From Blasia pusilla (taxonomy: Eukaryota), in contig CM114271.1 of assembly GCA_050084515.1 (NCBI GenBank), positions 34,596,001 through 34,660,000 of the forward strand: a stretch of DNA of 64,000 bases, given 5' to 3'. The notes beneath the pieces were generated by a model that worked only from the letters and a program-made list of their open reading frames with translations, searched no databases and had not been told where the DNA came from. The position numbers and the translations under genes were made by a program. Positions 13,651 to 24,363 of the stretch are shown here, one piece after another. Every line of letters starts with the position of its first letter. Positions within the stretch are counted from its first letter, which is position 1.

Positions 13651-16600
13651 ATGGGTTCGTCATTTGTGGACAAAAGTCTAAAAGCGAGCGCTTACAATGC
13701 GAGAACTGCGGACAGCACCTCGCCGGCACGAACATACTCTGTGAATAGCGCGTTCAAAAAAGGCTCCAATTCAGCAGCTTCAGGATCCTCTTCCAAGCAG
13801 GATCCTCAAGCTCGCACGTCAGCACTCTTCGATTCTAACACCGCTGGACCCACGAAAACAAATCCTCTCCAGACAGTTTCTCCCAAGAGGAGATTCTCTG
13901 GAAGCTTTGTGTCGCCTCCGAGGTCGTCTTCATTCTCCTTCTCCTCCTACCATCCTGCGGATGCTGTTGCCTCTCCAGGAACCACCGGTGCCTATGCGAG
14001 GGTCGGAAGCACCCACAGGACGACGAGTTACAACAGCGGAGGAGAGAGAGCATCAGCTGTGAGTCCAGGGCGAGCCAGAGTGTTACGAGCAAGCAGAAGA
14101 AAGTCAGCAGGGGAGGCTTCATTGGGGAATTTGAGTGCTACTGCTGCCGCTTCTTCTGCGGAAGCGAGATTTCAAGGGAGTCCTTATTTGGGAAAGGGTT
14201 CGTACGAAAGGACACCCTCTGCCGCGAGGAAGTCCTCGTTTGGCGCTTCTCTTCAAAACCTCTCCAAGACTCTCGCCGCTGCTGCTACTCCTCCTCATGC
14301 TGCTGCATTGAGTCCCTCACCTCTCGTTACCACTTTGGGTTCGCCGGTTGTAGACTTTTCAGATGCTGCTCTGGGAGTGAGCAATTCGCCTCTGCTGCAT
14401 TCGAATGATGGTGGTGGTGATGATGATGATGATGCGGATGATGATGATGTTTCGAGACTCAGCTCTTCACCCCTTGAGGCATACCCCGATCCAGGTGGGT
14501 CTCCCACGGATGTGTTCCACAGGACAGAGCAGGAGGAAGTTGCTGCAGAAAATCCAGGAAGGCAGGATCCCACGTCTCCACCTCCAACTGCAGCTGTAGG
14601 AGAAGCTGTCAGAAGTTCATTTCCTAGTTCATTTCCTGCGGGAGTAGCTCTGATGACGAATCCCCTGTATCCGGTTATATCTGGGATCTCATCTCCAATA
14701 TCGTCACCATCTCCACCTCCATCTGCTCCACACATCGATGGGTTCAACATTCCTGCGGTAGGAATCAACCTACCTAACGCAGCGAGCGATGCCTCTCCAG
14801 TCAGCAAAGTGGAAGAAATCAGCCCCACCACCGAGTCTCCGGCTGAGTTTCTCCAGAGAAGGAGAGCTGCAGCCGCGTTTCAACGCCAAAAAGGAGGTGG
14901 TGCCGATCGGACCTCTGCCGCAAGTCAAGCCATCATCAAACGGCGCTCGCAGGTCCAGATTCTCAGCCTTTTTCTTGGCCATCAGTCTGCCTGCCTTGAG
15001 GATCTCAAAGCTTGCAATACGCCCAAAATTACAACGTAGCATTTCTTAGATTTTGCTTTGGTGAAACAGCTCAGGCATAATCTCGTCAGTGATAATGATG
15101 CAAATGCTCATCGGTGACCAAGGGCTTTTTGGTTGCTCGAATTACCCTCAGACGGCTTTAAAACGAAAGCGAAGCAGCCCTCCAGATAATCTTTGGAACG
15201 ACGTGTTGCAGGTGCCAATCGTATAATTAAGAAGTAGATGAAACTTTCTCGTGAATCTGACGAAGAGGGAGGGTGCATGGATGGCGGCTAGGTGCTGAGC
15301 ACTGTGCAGAAGGCGAGAACTCGTCTATCGCTGCTCACCTACGAAGTTGCAAAGAAGAGGAGGAGTTTTGGAAGAGGTTGGATCGGCCGTTTCCGAAGAT
15401 GGATATATGAGAGAGAGCGAAAGAGATTGATGGGCAAGGTACATTCTCCTCATGTTCCTCTACCTATTTTGCTTTCCCGACCCCAATCAACCCCTTGACG
15501 ATCAGATCACCGGCGTTACGGGACTGCAAAGCCCTCCACTGAAAAGTCATGGAACTTCTTCGAGTTCGTGGTGCTCGATGAGTTTTTCGTCATTTCCCAT
15601 CTCCTGACCCCGAAGCCTTTCCTTGCAACGTAAGAATTTAAGATCACTCATAGTTCACACATCGGGTTTACCCCGATCCGGAGAAAGCTTCCTTCCTGGA
15701 TGTACTTACTCGTAGCACCTACTTACTTCCATCAAGGTCATCCTATTTTGTCAGTCTTAGACCAAGCTCAGACCCGTCAACGTTTATCGCGGTGCGTTCA
15801 TCATGGATCTCTGTCTTGGCTGGAATTTGAATAAAGCTTCTCCCCCAAACGGCCAAGATTATGAGAGTGCTCCTCACTAAATTGGAATGAGCTTGAGATT
15901 GCTAAACTCCAATCTTATCCACACCTCAACTGCGGCGATTGACAGTGATGCTTTATAACTCGCTCTTAGTAACAAACTAATGCGTGGATCTCTTCAGAAC
16001 AGACTGCCTGCATCTCCATTTCACCCGCGCAAATACTCTTCTATACCAATTTGGAGTGCTGAATGTAGTACATTCAGCACCGCAGTCTAAGTTGTCTCTT
16101 CAACCATTCTGCTTTCAATAACACGGCAATGTATGCATCAAAAGAGGCAATATTATAAACCGACTTCAGTATATCTTTATCTTCAGAACGCCTCGCCTAG
16201 TTAGATTAAGGATTCCCAGTGTGACGTGTATGACTGTCCTGTTGACATTTCATTGCACACTCACCCAGTTTTTTCCAGTCTATTTTTCAATGAACAGAGT
16301 GTGGTTTCGTATTCAGGGCACAGTTTGGCTCAGGCTATGGGTGCATTCACTGAAATCAATGGAGGTCAGCTATGGTTCAACCATGATGCTTGCTTTCTCG
16401 TTCATCCGCTGGGTGTTTCTGCTCAATGCAGTGCTTGCTGTCCTCTGGTTTGCTTTGATCATTCTTCCGTTCATGATAAACCCTCCTAGGACTTTCACTT
16501 GGAAGGTTTTCTGGCATCAGCTGGGAGACAAGAAAGAGGTCAAGGAGACGCTACAGGTACAAGTCTGTCATTCATTTTCAGACGTTGTGCGAGTCTTGTG

Positions 16601-19600
16601 TCGATAGTTGGTATTGGTGGGCAGGTGACGTACGTCTCGTCATCTGTTTTGTCTGAAAGAAGTTAGGTAGTGAACAGCTTTGTTTACTGGGGTTTTTATT
16701 TATATCAGATCATGAGAAATTACTGCATCATAATAGACATTATTGTCATGGATTCGTTCATTCATGCCAAATGAGGCGATATTTATAGCTATGGTCAATG
16801 ATGGGGTCAATCTCTGCGATGAGCAATCCAGTGATTTTGTGGATGTCGCCATAACTTGAATGCAGGGCAGTAATCTTGAGAAGACGTTTGTTTACTACGG
16901 TGGGTATACGTACACTCGTGCAGAACAACCCAACTCGTATAGAACGGACTACATGTATGCTGTCTGTATTGGTGCAACGTTTCTGATTAGTTTTCTTGGC
17001 GTTCTTGCCAGGTAATTCGTGTCCTGGGTCGTTCAAAGCTGCCTGAATATGTTTCGTGGATCTTAGATTCAACTCTTTTGTTAGGGGGAGGTGGCGTGAT
17101 GAAATTGTTCAGTTGTCATGATAACAATCTTTCTTTGCGGCCAGTCTCAGATAGAAGTCTCGTTGCACTTGGTTCAGGAATTAAATTAGTACCTTTTATA
17201 CGTTGTGGTTGGTTCGTGTTTGCACGAGGAATCTCAATTTCTTGTGGCTGTGGTTGTTGAGAAGGATCCCACTGACACTTCGGAGCATATGGGTGCAGGA
17301 TAGCTGGGATGATTATGAACAGTGGCGACATTGCCTTAGCAGCTCGCCTTTATCCATTCTCTTCTCTTGTGTTTGCATCTTGGGACTTCCACATCACTAG
17401 CATAGAGGTAAGATATCTCTCGATTTCATGGTTGATCTTGTGACTGGTTGACATACTTGGACAATTGTCGTAAAGTCATCTGGTAAGAAATTTGTTGTTT
17501 TTTTCTCTGTTGGTCGGCCAGATGCTGGTGAGAGAAATCAAATGACGACAAGAAGCGCGCTTGAACTAACGCAGGTCGCAGGGCTATTGAAACTCGAAAA
17601 CTAAGCTGCCCTCTCCATTAAACAGGAAGATATTTATGAAAAATGATCATATCTGTTGCTTCTTTTTTGGTGGATGGAACAGGCAGCCACCAAGTTACGA
17701 AGAGGAATCCGAATGCAGTTGAAGGAATTGCTGGCAGATGCTACAGTGAAGGAGAAGATATCTGTCCATAGAGATCGTCTAATATCAGCCAAGGTTGTTT
17801 CCTACAGCAAACTATTGGCTTGACGAGTGTCCCATTAGATCACAGTTGAGTTGCAAGAACTGCCCCGTGAGGTGCTTCCTTTTATGGTTTGGTACTGGCC
17901 TGATTGTGAATTTTCGTTTTCACGTCTTGTTTAGCTAGCTTTGTCCATATGGGTTTGATCATTGGCCAGGAAAGGGTTTTGTGGATCCACATCATGCCTC
18001 TGTTCTAGATGTTTCTGTAATTTTTGACACAAAGGTTCTGAGAAAAAACGGGTACAGAGAACGTGAGCTATGATAGTGAGGGTGTTTCCCATTGTTTAGA
18101 ACTGAAGAATTTTGATAAAACAATGAAAGATGATCATTATGAATGAATCTAAGATCTCAGAAATAAAGTGGTAGATTGTTTGTTCATCATTGCAGACTGC
18201 TTACCATTTTCTTTGTGGTTTTGTTTGGTAAGAAAGTGAATTAGGGAATAGTGCCCACACGAGTCCTGGACCTGGTCCTGATGTATCCAATGAAGCTCAT
18301 TTAGAGCAGCAGACTCACTCCTGGATGGGTCTGAAAATGACTCAGAGATTTTCAGTACTTTTTATTCTCTGGCCATGCGCGATGGCGGGAACTGTCACTG
18401 CAGTTGTTTTTCTTGTTACCAAGGCTGAGGAAGTCAATCAAAAACTTGGTGAGTGGCTCTCTTTCATGTGACTTTGCTTAGAATTCTGCAAGCTTTTGAC
18501 CAAACAGTTTTTAAAAGCACGAATTTATGGCTCCAAACTTGTCCCTCTGTGTAGTCAGCTTTGAATTTCTTCTATCCATCATCAGTTCTTACTCTTTCTC
18601 ATGCCAAGCAGTTTTCAAACTGCTAATTTATGGCTCCCAACTTGGCCCTTTCTGTGGCCATCTTTGGTTCTTATATCCATCATCAGTTGTTACCTCTCTC
18701 ATCCGCAGTAGATTTTTCTGAGGAAGCTTTCTACAATCGCTGCGTATAGACTTTTCTTGGTGTCACCGAGTCAGGAACTTGAGCAGCCCCTCTACTTCTT
18801 CACAACAAAAATCTACTAGAGCATTCAGATTCGACTGTTGAGTAGGTATGATGAGTGGGAATTTATGCAACAGGAAGCAAGTATGCACAGGCAGCGCTTT
18901 TATCAATATTGAACATTTTCATGCCGGTGATTGCCCGAGTTCTTGTCGAGTGGGAGGACTTCAAACCCGCCACTGCTGAACGTGTTGTACTATTGAAGTT
19001 GTTTTGCCTGCGCCTTCTCAATCTTGGTACTCTATTTTACAGGTTGTGCCTTGATTCTGAACTATGTGAGACGCCAGTTTGCTCGTTGGGGCTTGACAAG
19101 ATTAACTCTTGCTTTAGATAGCATGACTGTATTTACCTTACACACATTGGGCATCTGAGTGTGCAATAGATCTCGAGTGCAGCATGCCACCTAGGTTTAT
19201 TTGTCGGTCTTAAATGGTGAAATGTTTTCATCGGATCATTCCATTTCAGAAATTGTCCATTAGGGCACTGACGTGGGATGCTTTGGGCATTCCTCTGCAG
19301 ATTATTTATGATGCTCATCCATACTCTTCAGCTGCGAGAGAATGAGGTCGCAGTGGAGTCCTGCTTGGCTGAAAACAGATGTGAAGAGGGCTTCACTTGT
19401 TGTACACATGCAAATATGACCCAGTGGAATATTTGTACAGACAGAGATGTAAGTAGGACTTCTGGACATTTTCCTTACCATTATGCTTTTAAATCCTTGC
19501 CGGAATTGTTGTGGTACGAGGACAAGCAGTGGAAGTATCCACTCTAAATTGGACAGAGTGCCAGACGATTGCTGCTCTCTTACACTAGCGATTCTTAGCC

Positions 19601-21723
19601 AACCTCTAGCTTTAGTCATGCTTGCAGTAAAGAATGGACAAGTTAAAATGATGAGCATTTCCCTCAATACTTGCAGACTCACTCTAGGAGCAATTTCAAA
19701 ACTTTGGGTTAGAATTGTGCAGATAAATCTGTGTTTGCCAGCCTGCATGGAGAATGTCGTGGGAACTCAACTGCTGCGTCTAATCTTCGTGACCACTCTT
19801 ATTAACAACGCATATGAACTCATTTATGGTTTCGGCTATGTTTGGGCAACTTCTGGGGTCTATTTCCTGACCCATCTCTCTTTCGAAGATTTTTCTTCCT
19901 GTTGTGAAACTGGAATTGTGGTTCGATTTGGATTGTATCTCCCTCGTATTTTACTGTCTCGTTTCGTAAGAGGAAGGCCCAATATGCATACCCCAGAAGC
20001 TCATAATCAGATCACACGCAAGCTCCCTTTCAATGGTCCATCACTGAACTTTTCCTCGCGCCTGCTCCAAGTAGATTTCAAATCTATAGTGGCTTTGAAC
20101 TGCAGAATCGACGACAGTTGTACATAGAGGACATGGCGATTGATATCGTGTATGTCCAAGCTCTCGTGTGGGTGGGTTCATGCTTCAGTCCTATGGCTTC
20201 AATTTTGGGATTCTTCTCCAATCTTATTACGTGGTACTGCATGAGGGTGAGTGTCTCCACACCTCCAAAGCTCTGATTTTCCATGTCGGGAATCGTTGAC
20301 ATAACAAATTCTAATGGGTGGCGTCCACACATCTGCTTTCGTTGATGTGCTACTTGAAATGGAAAGACGTGCTGAATTCTGCAAGCCAATAATGATGAGC
20401 TCGAACTAGTAACGATGTGGTTGAGGTTCTACAAGTACAATTCTGATCCACAAGCTCCGTCTATTCGTGCTGTGTCCTCTGTCCTTTCTTTGTATAAGAA
20501 GTTGAGTGGATATCACATGCTCTGCTTCTTGACTCTGCTATATTCAGTTTGCACTTTTCAGGACGTGTGCACCAGTGGAAAAAGTTCATAGTGCGTCACG
20601 TACATCCACCCTCACATATGGGCTACTACTTCTCACTCTCATACTTGCGACGATTCCCGCAACAATTAACGTGATGCAAAGAAGTAGCGGATTTTGTGGG
20701 CCTATCCATGAGCGCATCTCAATGTATGATGTAGTCAGGAGATATATTCAGGTCAGTGCCAACCTGCACATGCAGCACGCGTACTCATATTATTATACCA
20801 GTGCATTGGTCTCATGGGCAGGGTTGTAGGACCAAAACCAGATTCTGCAATGCCATATGAAGTGAATAGGTGGAGTTCTCATGAAGTTTCACTTATCTAA
20901 CAAGAGTGTAAATAGCAGAGATCCATTTGCCTCTTGGGATTCTAGAAACCTGTTCTCAAGTTTCTTTGCTCTGTTCTGATCTTTTGTGCACTGCAGAAAG
21001 CACCGTCAGGCTTATGGGTGACTATCAGCTGGCTGACAAACCCGGCGGTACTGCTAGGAGTCATTCTGCTTCTCATATTTGGTGTGGTTCTGCTGCAATC
21101 AAAGTTGATTCAATCTCGACATTTCCTGACGCTCACGAAACACGAGATGGGCATGCAACGGAGAGAAGCTACAGAAAAGCTTTTGCGAGTCAGACAGGTA
21201 TTGTATTTCAAACTGGACTCTCCACATGCTATAGCCCAGTGCCAAGGTCCCAGCAGTTTCTACCGAATCAGGAACACAAGAGTGCTCATCTTCCATCTCC
21301 GGCCAAAGTCCAACACATTTCATTTAGTGCGCTGTGTTCTTTGTGCAGACCATCAATCAGGGTGCGCCGATCAACAGAACATCGGCAGCTGCTCTGCCAG
21401 AATTATCCACTAGTCCTCCTAAAGGCTCCAGAGCATCGCAGGAGGGTTCTACCTCGACTTACATTTCTGGTCAATTGGAAGCAGTTAAAATCTCTACCGA
21501 GACATCTACTAATAGAGACGGCATTGAAGCTAGTAAAAGAAGAGAGAGCATTGGGACTCACACCGAGAGAGACAGAATTGAAGCCACCAGACGAGAGCAC
21601 CTTATTTTCAGTGAAAAAGAGAGGGAGAGAGAAAGCATTGAAACGGCGAGGAGGGAAAGCATCGGATCCATGAGAATTGAGCCCACTAGGAAAGACAGCA
21701 TTGAATACACCAAGAGGAAGTAG
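13651..21723 (+). CDS. TMC: Transmembrane channel-like (TMC) family protein, 14 exons, ~1176 aa, with long Ser/Pro-rich N-terminus
   Basis: Exons 13651-14952, 15292-15438, 16317-16556, 16866-17011, 17299-17407, 17683-17793, 18346-18448, 18874-19042, 19301-19448, 19723-19857, 20106-20246, 20548-20751, 20997-21197 and 21349-21723 join in consistent phase (3531 nt). TMC hallmarks in order: LWVHSLKSMEVSYGS..FSFIRWVFLLN, LEKTFVYYGGY, FSSLVFASWDFHI, CMENVVGTQLLRL (CWET-like), IVYVQALVWVGSCFSP, SSGFCGP. About 10 hydrophobic segments. Confidence 0.88.
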
Positions 21724-21769
21724 AGTTGGTGTAGTGTCAAAGATCGAGTGCCTAGGTCATCTACATAAT

Positions 21770-23080
21770 CCGCAGAGGATACTTCTCATCGTCTTCGATT
21801 TGACGATCAAATGTGCATGTCCACCGAGCGTTCCTTTTTTGAGTGAGATCTTATGCTTTGCAATCTCAAAATCCCTGTGGGATCTGACCGAGACTTCGAT
21901 GATGGTCATGCCTGACTCATCTCGGTCCTCTCGATCTTTGTCCCAGCCATCGTTCCACCCATCACAAGTTTGCTCGTTCCGCTCGTGCTTGTCCTTTTTC
22001 GCCTTTGCATTGTCGGACCAGGTTTGATGGACGTTTTTGTGTGACGTTTTTTCATCAGTTCATTTTCCCCTTGAGGCAAGACCCGGAGCACTCTCCCAGT
22101 CTTCCCTCTCTCATCCAGGCAACGAGGCGCAGAAGGTCGAGCCCGAGAGTCCTCCCTCGTCCTTCTCTTTTGCTTCCTCAGCAGAAGAGCCTCTCGAGAG
22201 GCAGAGGACCAAGACGACGCTCGACTCATGGGGGGGAGTCCAGATCGTCCGTGTCGGGGCTGTGGGGGAGACTCTGGGGCTCCAGCAGCACCAGAGATTC
22301 GAGGTCCTCCTCGATCTCGGTGCCGGGGGCTGGTGGCGATGCAATCGCAGCATCGGATTCGGAGTCCGGGACCGCAAACGACACCCTCGAGCGAGCTCCC
22401 ATCGCACTGATCTGGAGCTCCGAGGGAGGGCGCTCAACAGGAGCTGCAGAATCCACCGTTACCTCGGCCACCACATCTCCTGCCGGGGCTTCGTCGCGGA
22501 CACCATCAATCTCGATCCCGGGCTCCTCGCCCGCGGACTCTTCCATCACTGCGCGCACATCCATCTCCTCGGCCGGAAGACCGGCTCTCGGGCGCACTCC
22601 ATCGTCCGCGACCACAGCTCCTCCCACATTTGGCAGGAGCGCATCCTCCCTTTCCCCAGCAGCCGCGCTCGCTACTCGATCCGCACCAGTGGCTGGAGGA
22701 TTGTCAAATTTGTGGAAGAAACTTGCGGGGAAATTACGATCAAAGAGGAAGTTGAGGAGAGTCGAACGCCGCACGAGCCGCTCTCCGTCGACATCGCGAT
22801 CTGCGAGCCCAATGGTGGCCACCAACGGAGGAAGTGACTGGTTGTCACGATCTGGGCAGGCTTTTCACTGGAAAAGAGCCCCGTCGGTGCGTGAGGGCAG
22901 GAGCAAGGACAGCGCAGGCGCAGCGTATACTCTAGAAGAAGGGTCGAGTGCATAGGAGAGATGAGGGTTGTCATACTTTTTGAGACCTCGAGAAGTTCGG
23001 TAGTCTTTGCGCATGGGTCGCGGTGTCTCTATCCAGGGCTGTTTTCTCCGATACCGTCTTTGGTTGTGCCCTGTCACCAA
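21770..23080 (-). pseudogene. Possible degenerate minus-strand ORF of unknown family, convergent with TMC
   Basis: Minus ORFs 22865-23080 and 22226-22825 are in the same frame and separated by one TGA. After a shift at the C-run near 22230 a charged reading continues with stops (EEAKEKDEGG...NAKAKKDKHERNEQTCDGWNDGWDKDREDRDES). The strand is not certain. Confidence 0.35.
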
Positions 23081-23976
23081 GTCACTGCTCTTCTCTCATA
23101 GCTGTATCGCTTTCTCTCCGAATTGGTCGATTGCAGTGTCTGTGTTTTGTTATAATGCGATGTCTACAATCCTTGCGCATGTCCCTCGAAAGACACTTCG
23201 AGGGACATGCGCAAGGATTGTCTGATGTCTTTTCATATGGGTAAGCGCTACGCTACAATGATAAGATCCTCCCTCGGACACACCGACGCATGGCCCCCGG
23301 AGAGTTGCGTTCTTATGTCATCGTATCGACGTCCACCACATCCCGGACCTCCGCAAATTGAAGTGCGCATGCGAGAGGCTTGTTCTGACGGATTTCAGGC
23401 AGCGATGGTGAGCTGATTCAACCCCATGGCCACCTCCCATCGGATATTATCCACCAGGCACGATCTCGACGGGGCCTCCAAGTGTTCAACACCTCTGTTT
23501 CTTGAGGCTTCACTCTTTCGATCGTTGAAATCTACCGCACACATAGAGACTTTTTGCTGAGCGAAGCTGTCAGCTCTGTTGGTGTGAACCGTACGTCTGA
23601 AGACATACGAATCGACCGCGATCGTTGTAATTGTAATTGCAATCGAAACCTACCGCAAATATAGAGACATTTTGCTGATCGAAGCCGTGAGCACAGTGTT
23701 GTCATACATCCCTCAGAGTGGGTTTCGAGATACACTACAAACCATCACTGGATCTCAAAACTGAATCATACTCTCCCACCTTACCTCGATCCGGACGATT
23801 TTTGGGTCATTCTCGATGTTCGTCTTGAAGCCATTCGAGTTTGATGATCGGGGAAGGGGTCGCTCACTACTAGCGCACGCTACGATCGTTGTCTAGCTAC
23901 TCCTAAAGATTGAGTCATCAACAACACATCCACTCGATCCAAGCAAATCTTGGTTATTCTCTATGTTCGTATGGTA

Positions 23977-24363
23977 CTAGTAAGGTGCCCAAGGATGCAT
24001 AGGAAACGACAAAAGTGTGCTACACAAAAATTTAAGATTTTTTTTTCTGTCAATAATACATGAAACATTTTCTTGGCATGCACAAATGGGCACCACAAAA
24101 TTAGTTGTAGTGATGTAGTGCTATGGGATGATTTGGTTTTTAAAAATAAAGTGGATATTTATCTAGTGCACTAGATTTGCACGAGCATGAAGGAAAAGGA
24201 ATATAGATTTCACTATAGTTGAAAATACATACTAGTGTGAAACCTAGTGCCATTTTAAATTAGTTTTGAACGACCCTATTGGTTCAAAAAGTGAGCGTTC
24301 GTAGTAGTTGAAAGTGCCAAAATGTTTGCAAAATGAAAATACTCTCTCCAATAAAAATATAGA
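23977..24363 (-). mobile_element. Helitron 3' terminus (non-autonomous element); 5' end uncertain
   Basis: Plus strand A|CTAGTAAGGTGCCC is the reverse complement of GGGCACCTTACTAG|T, matching the terminus at 3929-3940. Candidate TCTATA 5' starts lie near 24206 and 24362. Confidence 0.55.

Noticed and set aside
14295-14831. 178-aa minus-strand ORF
   Set aside because: Antisense shadow of the Ser/Pro-rich TMC exon 1.
19483-20127. 214-aa ORF as a standalone gene
   Set aside because: It is TMC exon 10 read through open flanking intron sequence.
16221-21413. OSCA/TMEM63 or anoctamin identity for the membrane protein
   Set aside because: Motifs (VFASWDF, CxExxVG, QxxxWxGxxFSP, CGP) fit TMC. No OSCA-type motifs were seen. 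An HMM search is still needed to confirm.
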